Shown piece after piece: positions 18,534 to 28,278 of a DNA stretch of 64,000 nucleotides. The translations under genes were made by a program, and so were the position numbers. Below the pieces are notes generated by a model. It made no database searches, was not told the origin of the DNA, and saw nothing but the letters and a program-made list of their open reading frames with translations. Each line of letters starts with the position of its first letter. Position 1 is the stretch's first letter. The DNA is from Phycisphaerales bacterium (GTDB lineage: Bacteria > Planctomycetota > Phycisphaerae > Phycisphaerales > SM1A02), in assembly GCA_028823105.1 (NCBI GenBank), contig JAPKCC010000001.1, positions 10,089 to 74,088 of the forward strand, in the 5' to 3' direction.

Positions 18534-19847
18534 ATGACGCACAACAGTCACAACAGTCACAACAGTCACATGGGCCTCGGTGGACTCGGCATTCTCGCCG
18601 GCGGTGGACCCGCCCCCGGGATCAACGCGGTGATCGCCGCCGCGACGATTCGGACCCGGCTCGAAGGCCTGCCCGTCCATGGTCTCCTCGACGGCTTCTC
18701 CGGACTCATGGCGGGCGACCCCGATGCGATTCGGTCGCTGGAGATCGACGACGTCAGTCGGATGCACTACCGAGGTGGGTCGATGCTCGGCATCGCGCGG
18801 GCCAATCCGACTCGTCGCGAAGAGGATCTCGACCGTGTCATCGCGGGGCTGGAAGCGAAGGGGATCGATAAACTCATCACGATCGGTGGTGATGACACGG
18901 CCTATTCCGCGTATCGCGTCAGCCGTCAGGCTCAAGGTCGGATCGCGGTCGCCCATGTTCCCAAGACGATCGACAACGATCTGGATCTTCCCCCCGAGAT
19001 CGATACCTTCGGCTACCAGACCGCCCGCGCGGTGGGTGTGGACATCGTGCGGAATCTCATGACCGACGCGAAGACCACGCGACGCTGGTACCTCGTGGTC
19101 GCGATGGGGCGGAGTGCGGGACATCTCGCCCTGGGCATCGGAAAGGCCGCAGGCGCCACGCTCACCATTGTTCCAGAAGAGTTCGGGGGCAAGTCGGTTC
19201 CTCTCGCGACGCTGGTCGACACCCTGGTGGGAGCCATCATCAAGCGCAAGTTGGATGGCCGCGATGACGGCGTCGCGGTGATTGCCGAAGGTGCCGCCTT
19301 GTCGATCGATCCCGAAGATCTCAAGAAACTGGGTGCGATTGAACTCGACGCCCACGGACATGTCCGGCTCGCGGAGCTTGACTTTGCACGAGCATTGAAG
19401 AAGCAGGTTCGTTCGGAACTCGTGTCGCTGGGGATCGATTGCACGATCGTCGAGAAGAACATCGGCTACGAACTTCGCTGTGCCGACCCAGTGCCTGCAG
19501 ATCTCGAGTATTGCCGGGATCTCGGGTATTGCGCGGCGAAATATCTGATCGAGGGAGGGAACGGGTCACTGGTTTCCATGCAGGGTGGTCGTTTCGTTCC
19601 GGTGCCGCTTTCAACCATGCTCGATTCCGAGACCAACCGAATGCAGGTCCGGCTCGTCGATGTGAATTCAACTCGGTACGCAATCGCACGGCGGTACATG
19701 ATCAGGATTCGACGCGATGACCTTGACGATCCGTCGATGCTCGCTCGGCTCTCCTCGGCCTCCGGTTTGACGCCCAGCGAGTTCAAGACGCGGTTCCAGC
19801 CACTGGTTGATCGAGAACCGCCTTCGCTGCACCTCCCGATCACTTGA
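18534..19847 (+). CDS. 6-phosphofructokinase family enzyme (possibly PPi-dependent)
   Basis: GILAGGGPAPGINAV, ITIGGDDTAYSA, PKTIDNDL and MGRSAGHLALG. The Asp in GGDDT is the position usually Gly in ATP-PFKs. The true start may be at 18570 (MGLGGLGILAGGGP). Confidence 0.92.
   Translation: MTHNSHNSHNSHMGLGGLGILAGGGPAPGINAVIAAATIRTRLEGLPVHGLLDGFSGLMAGDPDAIRSLEIDDVSRMHYRGGSMLGIARANPTRREEDLDRVIAGLEAKGIDKLITIGGDDTAYSAYRVSRQAQGRIAVAHVPKTIDNDLDLPPEIDTFGYQTARAVGVDIVRNLMTDAKTTRRWYLVVAMGRSAGHLALGIGKAAGATLTIVPEEFGGKSVPLATLVDTLVGAIIKRKLDGRDDGVAVIAEGAALSIDPEDLKKLGAIELDAHGHVRLAELDFARALKKQVRSELVSLGIDCTIVEKNIGYELRCADPVPADLEYCRDLGYCAAKYLIEGGNGSLVSMQGGRFVPVPLSTMLDSETNRMQVRLVDVNSTRYAIARRYMIRIRRDDLDDPSMLARLSSASGLTPSEFKTRFQPLVDREPPSLHLPIT
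18540..18570. repeat. 3 x 9-bp perfect tandem repeat (CACAACAGT) at the 5' end of the phosphofructokinase ORF
   Basis: atgacg CACAACAGT CACAACAGT CACAACAGT CACatg. It encodes (HNS)3 if the first ATG (18534) is used, or lies in the 5' UTR if the ATG at 18570 is used. Confidence 0.85.
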
Positions 19848-19916
19848 AGTTCCGATGCGTACGGACCAGGCGGGTGAGAATCGGCCTCGACCTCGGCCGT
19901 CGATGGGTAGGATGTC

Positions 19917-21626
19917 GTGGTCGGATTCGCATCCGATGAATTCCACGTCATACACGCCCCTCCGCCCCCGTATTCGCGAGCCGATCCCTTGAGCGAGCCG
20001 ACTGCTTCCGATTCCTCTTCCGAACCTGCGGCCCAAGGCGCCACCGAGGCCGACCTCCGAAATCTGGTTGCCGCGCGACGTCAGAAACTTCGGTTCCTTC
20101 GTGAGGAACTCGGCCTCCAGCCTTATGGATGCAGGGTCGACGGGTTGATCGACCTCGCGAGTGCCCGCGCGGCCTATGACGAGGCCGCCCATGACGCCCA
20201 TGAGGCTCATCAGGCTGATGTCGCCGCAGCCGCGGACGAGACGCCGGTCGATCCGCGACCTCGCGTGCTCTCTTCCGGTCGGGTGGTGCAGCATCGTGAC
20301 ATTGGGAAGCTCGTCTTCCTTCGACTTCGCGACGAAACCGGTGATCTCCAGGTGAGCCTCTCGAAGGCTGCCTGCGATCCAGTCGTCTTCCGACTCGCCA
20401 AGAAGCTGGACTACGGCGATGTGGTCGTGGCGGGCGGCCCGATGGGTCGGACGAAGAAGGGTGAGATCTGCATCTGGTCCGATCGCCTCGAGATTCACGC
20501 CAAGAGCCTCGCACCACCACCGGAGAAGTGGCACGGACTTTCGGATCCGGAGATTCGTTTTCGCCGGCGGTACGTCGATCTTCACGCCAATCCCGCGGCG
20601 ATCCAGACCCTTCAGGATCGCTCCCGCATCGTTTCGCGGATGCGGAAGTTCATGGAGAATCGAGCCTTCCTCGAAGTCGAGACGCCGATGATGCAGCCGA
20701 TGGCGGGTGGGGCGGCGGCGCGGCCGTTCACCACGCATCACAATGCGCTCGACATCGAACTCTCGATGCGAATCGCCCCCGAGCTCTATCTGAAACGCCT
20801 TCTGGTCGGTGGCCTACCCCGCGTCTTCGAGATCAATCGGAACTTCAGGAATGAGGGCGTCGACCGGAGTCACAATCCAGAATTCACCGCGATGGAGGTC
20901 TATCAGGCCTTCGGCGACTGCTGGACGATGCTCGAACTCACCGAATCACTGCTCCACGAACTCGCGTGCGCGGCCGCTTCGGATCGCCGATCACGAGGCG
21001 ATGAAACGGTGGAGGGCGCCGAGGATGCGCCGGTGCTCCCGTTCGGAGAATTGAAGGTCGACTGGCGAAGACCCTTTGAGCAGGTCACCTACGGCGAGCT
21101 CTTCCAGCGGGCCGTCGGGTTTGACATGCGTGACGAGGCGGCGGTGCGGTCGAAGGTGAAGGAGCTTGGTCTCGTGAAGGCCGAAGGCATGAATCACTGG
21201 TTTGCGGTCAACGAGATCTTCGAGGCATGTGCGGAGCCACTGATCGATCCGGCCCGTCCGACCTTCGTGACTGGTTACCCATCGGCGATCAGTCCGCTCA
21301 CGCGACCCGATCCGGCGGATCCGATGCTGGCCGAGCGGTGGGACATCTTCATCGCCGGCATGGAGATCGGTCCGGCGTACACGGAATTGAACGATCCGGA
21401 CATCCAGCTGGCCAAGTTCACCGAGCAGCTCGCGGGTGCCGACGACGAGGAACAGGCCTTTCGCAATCTGGACGAGGATTTCATCGAGGCGCTGCGAGTT
21501 GGCATGCCGCCTGCGGGCGGCCTGGGCTTGGGCGTCGATCGCATCGTGATGTTGCTCACGGGCAATGTCTCGATTCGCGAGGTCATCGCCTTTCCGCTGA
21601 TGCGTCCCGAGGACGGCAGCGGCTGA
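19917..21626 (+). CDS. lysS: lysyl-tRNA synthetase, class II
   Basis: RRYVDLHANP, FLEVETPMMQ, RIAPELYLKRLLVGGLPRVFEINRNFRNEG and NPEFTAMEVYQAF. The N-terminal start (GTG at 19917) is uncertain. Confidence 0.95.
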   Translation: MVGFASDEFHVIHAPPPPYSRADPLSEPTASDSSSEPAAQGATEADLRNLVAARRQKLRFLREELGLQPYGCRVDGLIDLASARAAYDEAAHDAHEAHQADVAAAADETPVDPRPRVLSSGRVVQHRDIGKLVFLRLRDETGDLQVSLSKAACDPVVFRLAKKLDYGDVVVAGGPMGRTKKGEICIWSDRLEIHAKSLAPPPEKWHGLSDPEIRFRRRYVDLHANPAAIQTLQDRSRIVSRMRKFMENRAFLEVETPMMQPMAGGAAARPFTTHHNALDIELSMRIAPELYLKRLLVGGLPRVFEINRNFRNEGVDRSHNPEFTAMEVYQAFGDCWTMLELTESLLHELACAAASDRRSRGDETVEGAEDAPVLPFGELKVDWRRPFEQVTYGELFQRAVGFDMRDEAAVRSKVKELGLVKAEGMNHWFAVNEIFEACAEPLIDPARPTFVTGYPSAISPLTRPDPADPMLAERWDIFIAGMEIGPAYTELNDPDIQLAKFTEQLAGADDEEQAFRNLDEDFIEALRVGMPPAGGLGLGVDRIVMLLTGNVSIREVIAFPLMRPEDGSG

Positions 21627-21653
21627 TCACGGACGGATCAATCAACTCCGGGA

Positions 21654-22994
21654 TCAGCGCTGGAAGGCGTAGAGTCCCGGCAACTCCAGAATCCTGGTCA
21701 GCGCGTCGAGTGCATCTCGGACGGACTGTAGTCGGCGGGGATCGGCGAGATCCGCGTCGTTGATCTCCTCGGGATACCAGTGCTCGACCCACGCCACGAG
21801 TCGCTCGTACCGCTCGGGTGAGTACAGGCAGGGCGGATGCACCGAACGCAAGTCCTGTTCGTCGAGCGGGATTCGAAGTCGAAGGCAGGCGGGCCCGCCG
21901 CCGTTTCGCATCGATTGTCGAAGATCAAAGACCTGCACATCCTCGATCGGGTTGTCCGACCGAGCGACCAGTCGATCGAGCAGACTGGAGACTGCCGGCG
22001 TCTCGCGGCATTCTGCAGGACAAATCAGGCACATCGATCCGTCGGGAAGCGAGACCAGCTGCGAGTTGAAGAGGTAGGAACGGACGGCTTCCTGCAGGCT
22101 GACCTCGGACGCGGCGACTGGGATCGGAATCAATGATCCATCGAGTCGGCGATCGAGTTCGGCCAGCACCGGGTCCTGGTTCAGGAAGGCGGCCTCATGA
22201 AACAGGAGCACCCGGCCATTGCCGACCGCGATGACGTCGTTGTGAAAGACGCCCGCGTCGATCGCGGCGGGATTCTGCTGGGCGAACACCCGGCGTGACT
22301 CCGGCACACGAAGGAGATCGGCGACCGCACGCGAGGCTGCAAGCGTCTGCCTCGCCACGAATTGTTGTGGCCCCTGGGAGGGGTCGTCTCCGACTCCGTA
22401 GACGAAGAAGTGAATTCCGGGAGCATCCCCGCAGGCGAGTCGAGTGTGGTTGGCGGCGCCTTCATCGGTCAACCCGTCCCCCTGGATCGCGGCATGAACC
22501 TGCACGCGCGACTCATCGGGAAAGACTCGCCGGAGGATCCGCTCGGTGGTCGGCGACTCGATTCGACGATGCGGCATGGTCTGGAGGTTGGCGACCACCA
22601 TGTGCAGGCGATGATCGTCGGTGTCGACGGCAGGCGCGACCGTCGCGGCATTCGCGGCCCACATGAAGGACGAGGAGGAAGCCTGGGCGAGCAGATGGGG
22701 GGCTTCAGCCGCGGCGGTCGCAAGCAGCGTCGAGTCGTCGCCACTGAAACCCTTCGCTCGAAGCAGTTCGAGATCCGGGCGTTCATGAGGGGGCAGCCAA
22801 CCCTGGACGAGTCCTAATTCGGCGAGCGACCGCATCTTCGCAAGCCCCTGCAAGGCCGCTTCTCGAGGACGCGATATTTCCCCCTGATTCGACGCGCTCG
22901 CCACGTTTCCGGGGCTGAGGCCGGCGTAGTTGTGGGTCGGGCCGACGATGGAATCGAAGTTCGCTTCTCGAACGGGATGGGTTCCGCTGGGCAT
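21654..22994 (-). CDS. astB: N-succinylarginine dihydrolase family protein
   Basis: 446 aa from the ATG at 22994. It appears collinear with E. coli AstB as I recall it: NFDSIVGPTHNYAGLSPGN, PPHERP, DEGAANHTRL, VFHNDVIAV, YLFNSQLV, GGGPACLRLR, ending YAFQR. Confidence 0.9.
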   Translation of the reverse strand: MPSGTHPVREANFDSIVGPTHNYAGLSPGNVASASNQGEISRPREAALQGLAKMRSLAELGLVQGWLPPHERPDLELLRAKGFSGDDSTLLATAAAEAPHLLAQASSSSFMWAANAATVAPAVDTDDHRLHMVVANLQTMPHRRIESPTTERILRRVFPDESRVQVHAAIQGDGLTDEGAANHTRLACGDAPGIHFFVYGVGDDPSQGPQQFVARQTLAASRAVADLLRVPESRRVFAQQNPAAIDAGVFHNDVIAVGNGRVLLFHEAAFLNQDPVLAELDRRLDGSLIPIPVAASEVSLQEAVRSYLFNSQLVSLPDGSMCLICPAECRETPAVSSLLDRLVARSDNPIEDVQVFDLRQSMRNGGGPACLRLRIPLDEQDLRSVHPPCLYSPERYERLVAWVEHWYPEEINDADLADPRRLQSVRDALDALTRILELPGLYAFQR

Positions 22995-23126
22995 CGTCGC
23001 AGCGTACCCGAGGCTGATTCCCGCCGAGAAGTGGAGATGAACCCGCTTCCGGGGGAGGATTCGGGAATCCACGTCGCTACACTCGATGGTTGCTCGCCAC
23101 CGCACACGTGCGAGCCGGATTTCTTT

Positions 23127-24791
23127 ATGCCACGCCAAGTCCATCGAATCCAGAACGCCGCAGATCAACGCTTCGATGAGGACCATCGAACGGACCACGC
23201 TCCTCTCGGGCTCATCAGGCGAGTGGGGCTCATCTGGATCATCGGGCTCATCGGATTTGTCCTCTTGGTCATCGTCGCGGAGCGATCGGTCAGCGCGGGT
23301 TCCGGTGCCCAGACGCCGGCAACGGATCTTGCCGGTGCGATTGAACAGGCCGCCGTCGAACTCGACCCCGCCACGACGAAGGCGAATCCTCAGGATCGTT
23401 GGTTCGCCTGCACGCTCGGCGGAAAGCCCTGCGGGCGACTTCTCGAGCGAAGCCGCGTCCTTGACGACGGCAGTCACTCCGTCGAAACCGAACTGCTCCT
23501 GCGATTCGTTCGAGACGGTACGACGACCGACACCCGCATCTCGAGCCGGATGGTCACCGACGCCGAGGGGGCGCTTCAGGAAATGGAGGTCGTTCAGCTG
23601 CTCGGGAACGTTCCGTTGCGATCCACCTGGCGTTTCAGGGGCGACGAGGTCGAGGAGACGAGATCCCAGGGAGGCCGTTCGGAACGTACCGTCCGGCCCC
23701 GTCCGGAGGAGCCATGGTTCACGCCGGCCGCCGCCCTGTCTGAGATCACGCGGCTCGGTGAGGTGAAGCATCCCATCACGCTGCGAGTGGTGGATCCGGC
23801 GAACGGACTGGAACCGATCGAAGTGACCTACCGACGCCTCGGCTCCACCAACGTTGAGGTTGGTGGTGAGATTTGTATCGGCGTCCGCTGGGAGATCCAG
23901 CAGCCGAACGCCCCGTTGGTCGAAGAGATCATCGATGCCTCGGGCGAGACCCTCGTGAGTCGAACCAGACTCGGTGCCGGCCTGGGCGTCCTCGAGATCG
24001 CCCGAACCACGAAGGATGCCGCGGCCAGAGCGGCCGACGGAGGTCTTGAGATCCTGGAAGCCGGGGAGGTCCGTCCGCGTTTTGCAGTTGGCGCCGGGAG
24101 GCCGGATGTCGCGGAATCGGTCGAACTCCGAGTCACCCCTCGGATCGGTGAACTCATGGAGCTCGAGAGTTGCGGGGCTCAGGAGGTTCGACGGGAAGGC
24201 GACGGGTTGAAGGTGGTGGTGACTCGGGGAAATGGAACGCCGTTCGAAGCGCCCGGCGAGGCATATCTGGCGGCGACCCCGGTGGCCGATCACACTGATC
24301 CGGCGATTGAACGTTTCGCCAAGCGGGCGATTCGGGGGTCGAAGACGCCCGCGGCTCGTGCCGACGCGCTGCGCCGCTCGGTCTATCGGCACATTTCCAG
24401 AAAGGAACTCTCAACCGCTTTCGCGACCGCGGGGGAGACGGTCCGGCAGCGTCGAGGAGATTGCACCGAGCATGCGGTCCTCTTGGCGGCGGCGCTGCGG
24501 TCGGTTGGACTCCCGAGCAGAGTCGTGAACGGCTTGATCTGGATCCGAAGGAATGATGACGATCGAGGCGCCTATCTCTGGCACATGTGGACTCAGGTTG
24601 CCATCGATGGGCAGTGGTTTGATCTCGACGCGACGCTCCCGCCCGACGGGCCGGCCTTTCATCCCGGACATCTGGCCATCACCACCGGGGATCTGTCGCC
24701 AGCGTCGCTCAATTCGAGTGGGACGCAGATGCTCGAAGTGTTCGGTGCCATCGACATCGAAGTGATCGGAACGAGGGTCGAGAAACCATGA
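23127..24791 (+). CDS. membrane-anchored transglutaminase-like domain protein
   Basis: N-terminal TM helix (LIWIIGLIGFVLLVIVA). C-terminal transglutaminase core has RRGDCTEHAVLLAAALRSVGLPSRVV, HMWTQV and DLDAT (Cys-His-Asp). GC3 is high in the plus frame. The start is uncertain (23037 or 23127). Confidence 0.8.
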   Translation: MPRQVHRIQNAADQRFDEDHRTDHAPLGLIRRVGLIWIIGLIGFVLLVIVAERSVSAGSGAQTPATDLAGAIEQAAVELDPATTKANPQDRWFACTLGGKPCGRLLERSRVLDDGSHSVETELLLRFVRDGTTTDTRISSRMVTDAEGALQEMEVVQLLGNVPLRSTWRFRGDEVEETRSQGGRSERTVRPRPEEPWFTPAAALSEITRLGEVKHPITLRVVDPANGLEPIEVTYRRLGSTNVEVGGEICIGVRWEIQQPNAPLVEEIIDASGETLVSRTRLGAGLGVLEIARTTKDAAARAADGGLEILEAGEVRPRFAVGAGRPDVAESVELRVTPRIGELMELESCGAQEVRREGDGLKVVVTRGNGTPFEAPGEAYLAATPVADHTDPAIERFAKRAIRGSKTPAARADALRRSVYRHISRKELSTAFATAGETVRQRRGDCTEHAVLLAAALRSVGLPSRVVNGLIWIRRNDDDRGAYLWHMWTQVAIDGQWFDLDATLPPDGPAFHPGHLAITTGDLSPASLNSSGTQMLEVFGAIDIEVIGTRVEKP

Positions 24792-25747
24792 CCAGTCTTG
24801 ATCTAGAAGGTCTCGAAGATCTGGAAGAGTTGGACACCCTGCCCGCGATTCCGCCTCGTCCCAGTGACGGGCACAAGGGCACCTTCGGCACGACGCTGGT
24901 GATCGGCGGCGCCACGACGCCGCGTCGCATGCTCGGGGGGCCATGCCTGGCGGCTCGAGCGGCGTTGCGAAGCGGCGGCGGTCTCGCGGTCCTGGCGGTT
25001 CCCGAATCGATCGCGACCGCGGCACTGACGCTTCTACCGGAGGCGACGGCGGTGCCGCTTCCGATCGATGTTGACTGTTCCGCTTCCGCCGTGGAGCTCG
25101 TTCAGGATGCGGCGATCGGGGCGCATTCGGTCGTCTGTGGCCCGGGTCTTGGTCGGCCTGGGGGCATCGATCGGATGGTCACGATGGTGGCGGATCTCGA
25201 GGACCGACCGCGGGTCCTCGACGCGGACGCGTTGAATTCGATCGCCGCGACGCCGGCCCGTACCTTTCACGGACCACTGATCCTGACGCCGCACCCTGGT
25301 GAATGGAATCGGCTGGCCCGTTCCCTCGGGATCGTCGAAAACGTGATGGATGACCAGCGACGGCCGGCGGCCGCGGCGGCGCTCGCCCGTCGACTGGATG
25401 CCGGCGGCGGACCGGTGGTGGTCGTGCTCAAGGGTGATCGAACCGTGGTGAGTGACGGTCGTCGGTTCTGGCGCAGCAACATCGCCAATGCGGCGATGGC
25501 CACCGGTGGCACGGGAGACGTGCTCGCGGGAACCCTGGGTGGGTTGCTCGCCCAGTTCCATCCTCGAGCCGGAGCGCCTGCCAGATCACCGGCGCTCGAC
25601 GCGTTCGAGATCGCATGTCTGGGCGTCGCCATGCACGCGGAGGCGGGGCAAGTGTGGAGCGATCTTCACGGCGAAGCGGGGATGCTCGCTCATGAACTTG
25701 CCGACGCGCTTCCGAGGGCGCGGCAACGAATGATCGACCGGAGTTGA
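24788..25747 (+). CDS. nnrD: ADP-dependent NAD(P)H-hydrate dehydratase (YjeF C-terminal family)
   Basis: HKGTFGTTLVIGG, LDADALN, LTPHPGEWNRL and ATGGTGDVLAG. The ATG overlaps the upstream stop by 4 nt. Confidence 0.88.
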   Translation: MTSLDLEGLEDLEELDTLPAIPPRPSDGHKGTFGTTLVIGGATTPRRMLGGPCLAARAALRSGGGLAVLAVPESIATAALTLLPEATAVPLPIDVDCSASAVELVQDAAIGAHSVVCGPGLGRPGGIDRMVTMVADLEDRPRVLDADALNSIAATPARTFHGPLILTPHPGEWNRLARSLGIVENVMDDQRRPAAAAALARRLDAGGGPVVVVLKGDRTVVSDGRRFWRSNIANAAMATGGTGDVLAGTLGGLLAQFHPRAGAPARSPALDAFEIACLGVAMHAEAGQVWSDLHGEAGMLAHELADALPRARQRMIDRS

Positions 25748-25802
25748 CCCCGGATATCGTCGGATTGCATGCAACACCGGAGGTGCGTGCTACACTCGGC
25801 GA

Positions 25803-26807
25803 ATGCACGAGGCTCAAACAATCGTCGCCGCGAACCACAGGCATCTTGACGTGGCGGACATGACGCCCGGGACCCGGGTCGATGGCGTGTACGCCATCCT
25901 CAATCCTCAAGTGAGCGCGAGTCGGTCCGGGAAACCGTTCCTCAAGTGCATCATTCGTGATTCGTCCGGGCGAGTGAACGCCCGAATGTGGTCCGTCGAC
26001 GATCCGATTCTCGAGACGCTCGGAAGAGCGGCGTTCGTCGCCGTCTCCGGTTCCTGCGAGAACTTCAACGATCAAATCCAGTTGAAGATCGAGCGAATCG
26101 AACCGGCAGAGGTCGACGGAGAGGAGTTGAGGCGACTTCTTCCGACCAGCCGACGAGCGCCCGACGAGATGCTCGCCGACGTGCGGACCCTCATGAGTTC
26201 GGTCTCCCATCCGGCGATCAAAGGTCTCATCGATGCCTACCTCGGCGATGCCTCGTTCGTCACGCGATTCACGCAGGCGCCTGCCGCCATCTCGGTGCAC
26301 CATGCATATCTCGGGGGCCTTATCGAGCACACCCTGCAGCTGCTCGATGCCGCCAATGTGATTCTTCCGCAGTACCCCGACCTCGATCGCGACATCGTGC
26401 TCGTAGGACTGTTTCTGCACGACTCGGGGAAGGTTCTAGAGTTCGACCTCGAACGCTTCGAGTACACCCGGCGGGGGAACCTCCTCGGGCACCTGATGGA
26501 TGGTGTGGTCATGCTCGAGACGTACGCCGCGAAGGCGCATCTTGCGGGATCGCCAACGCTTCCCCCGGATGCGAAACTCGCGATCCAGCACATCATCGCG
26601 AGTCACCACAACCGTCCGGAATTCGGAGCGATCAAACGACCGGCCACTCCGGAGGCGGTCTTCTGCAGCCGTCTCGATGACCTCGACGCGGCGACCCAGA
26701 TTGCCATTGAGGCGGCGGATCGATCGAAGGCAACCGGTGACTTCACCGAGCAGATCCACGCCCTCGATGGCGTTCGGATCTATCGTCGCCCGCCGCTCGC
26801 CGACTGA
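25803..26807 (+). CDS. YhaM-family OB-fold + HD-domain 3'-5' exoribonuclease-like protein
   Basis: N-terminal OB-fold (GKPFLKCIIRDSSGRVNARMW) and HD domain (HHAYLGGLIEHTLQL, GLFLHDSGKV, ASHHNRPEFG). Confidence 0.8.
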   Translation: MHEAQTIVAANHRHLDVADMTPGTRVDGVYAILNPQVSASRSGKPFLKCIIRDSSGRVNARMWSVDDPILETLGRAAFVAVSGSCENFNDQIQLKIERIEPAEVDGEELRRLLPTSRRAPDEMLADVRTLMSSVSHPAIKGLIDAYLGDASFVTRFTQAPAAISVHHAYLGGLIEHTLQLLDAANVILPQYPDLDRDIVLVGLFLHDSGKVLEFDLERFEYTRRGNLLGHLMDGVVMLETYAAKAHLAGSPTLPPDAKLAIQHIIASHHNRPEFGAIKRPATPEAVFCSRLDDLDAATQIAIEAADRSKATGDFTEQIHALDGVRIYRRPPLAD

Positions 26808-26814
26808 ATTGCGT

Positions 26815-28170
26815 TCAACTCCGGTTGGAAAGCGACGACCGGATCGATACTCCGAGCGCCGCCAGTTCGCGCGCCTCATGAAGCGGAAAGGCCCAGGTTC
26901 GATCTTCCGCGATCATCGCCGCGGATCGGGTCGTCGCTTGGTCCCGGACCCTCGATTCCACGGTTGCGAGCCACGTGGCCTGTTCTTCGCGGGCGGCGTG
27001 GACCGTGGCGCGGAGTCTGAGGTAGGCCTGTCGACGTGCCGGACTTCGTCTGGGAGCCTCGGCAATCGCGGCGAGTAACTGATCTCGTTTCGGCGAGCCA
27101 TCGTGGCCGAGATCGGGGTCATTTCGAAGTCGATGCAGGAAGGTCGGATCGGCCTCGCGATCGAAATTTGGAGCGACCAGCGGCAGCCTGCAGGTAGCCG
27201 TTGCGACGAACGCCGGGGCGAGCGAGTCGGCAATCTCCTCACCCAGCCACTGCGAGATCCAGATCTCCATCGCCTCGTCGTAGATCGCCCCGCCGAGCCC
27301 GTGGACGAAACCATCGCACGCCCCGAGCCGACAGAGCGCGGTGGCGAGCATCGCCCGCGGGCGGAGCGTTCGTGGATCAAGTTTCTCGTCGGCGAAGACG
27401 GGAACCCGGCCTTCCGAGGTGGCTCTCCAGAGCGGAAGCTCGAGACGCGGGCCATGGCCGAGGGGACGTGCGACCGCACGAGGCGGTCGACCACTTCGGT
27501 CTCTGGCGCGGCCATTCCGGTGGGCTTCGATCGCGTCGTCGTGCGACCGGGCGGCCGCCGCGGGGTCTGCGGTGAGTCGATCGAGGGCCCATTCGCCGAT
27601 CGGCGACTCGAGCAGGCTGCTCATCGATCGGCGAGGAATCGGTCCGGTCAAAGATTCGGCGAGTGAGCCGGCGGCGCTACCGATTTGCATGGCGAGGTTC
27701 GCTGCGTCGCGATGAGCGTCGAGGGCGTCACGGATCGATTCGATTCCCGCGAGGACGCTCGGAAGGAACTGGCCATCGGGTGGCGGGCTGGTCGGCGCGG
27801 CGGGACGATCGCGGGAGCCGACTCCGTGGGGTGGCGGAAGGACCCTCCATTCGAGGCGCTGCAAGGATTTTCCACTTCCCGAAGGCAGGGAGACGCGCCC
27901 GCCGTCGTCGGCGTCGTGGTCGGCGATGAAGTGGACGGGCTGGAGGCCATCGTGAAGCGACGCAGCCGCCGCGAGCACGAAGTCCTTGGCGAGAATTCCC
28001 GGATGCCAGATCGCGGCCTGATGACCGGTGGCGAGCACCGGTCGATGCTGATCCAGCCCGAGCGCCGAGCGGGTTTGCCTTCTGATTGACGCGAGCGGAT
28101 CAGGCCGGGCGCGAAGGATCTCCGACATCCACCGGCTTGGATCTGGATTGAGGGTCGCCTCGGTCACCAT
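26815..28170 (-). CDS. hypothetical protein, possible distant BshC-family (bacillithiol Cys-ligase-like) homolog
   Basis: 451 aa with high GC3, and GAGG 4-5 nt before the ATG at 28170. LATGHQAAIWHPGILAK, PVHFIADHDADD and GLGGAIYDE resemble, from memory, the BshC motifs GQQxGLxxGPLYxxxK, FWxAxEDHD and GPGExxYW. Confidence 0.7.
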   Translation of the reverse strand: MVTEATLNPDPSRWMSEILRARPDPLASIRRQTRSALGLDQHRPVLATGHQAAIWHPGILAKDFVLAAAASLHDGLQPVHFIADHDADDGGRVSLPSGSGKSLQRLEWRVLPPPHGVGSRDRPAAPTSPPPDGQFLPSVLAGIESIRDALDAHRDAANLAMQIGSAAGSLAESLTGPIPRRSMSSLLESPIGEWALDRLTADPAAAARSHDDAIEAHRNGRARDRSGRPPRAVARPLGHGPRLELPLWRATSEGRVPVFADEKLDPRTLRPRAMLATALCRLGACDGFVHGLGGAIYDEAMEIWISQWLGEEIADSLAPAFVATATCRLPLVAPNFDREADPTFLHRLRNDPDLGHDGSPKRDQLLAAIAEAPRRSPARRQAYLRLRATVHAAREEQATWLATVESRVRDQATTRSAAMIAEDRTWAFPLHEARELAALGVSIRSSLSNRS

Positions 28171-28278
28171 CACCTCGATCGTGGGTTCGTGATTCTCTCG
28201 GGGGAGCGGTGGTCGTCCGCGTCGGCATTCATCGCCGCGGGCGATCCGTGATGAGCATGATCAGGATCATCAACATGA

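Noticed and set aside
22995-24392. Upstream 466 codons of the 912-aa minus-strand ORF (21654-24392), which would give AstB a huge N-terminal extension
   Set aside because: The AstB homology starts exactly at the internal ATG at 22994. The extension is Arg/Pro/Gly-rich and lies antisense to a plus-strand ORF with about 80 percent GC3 and a clear transglutaminase Cys-His-Asp core. It is a typical open antisense frame in GC-rich DNA.
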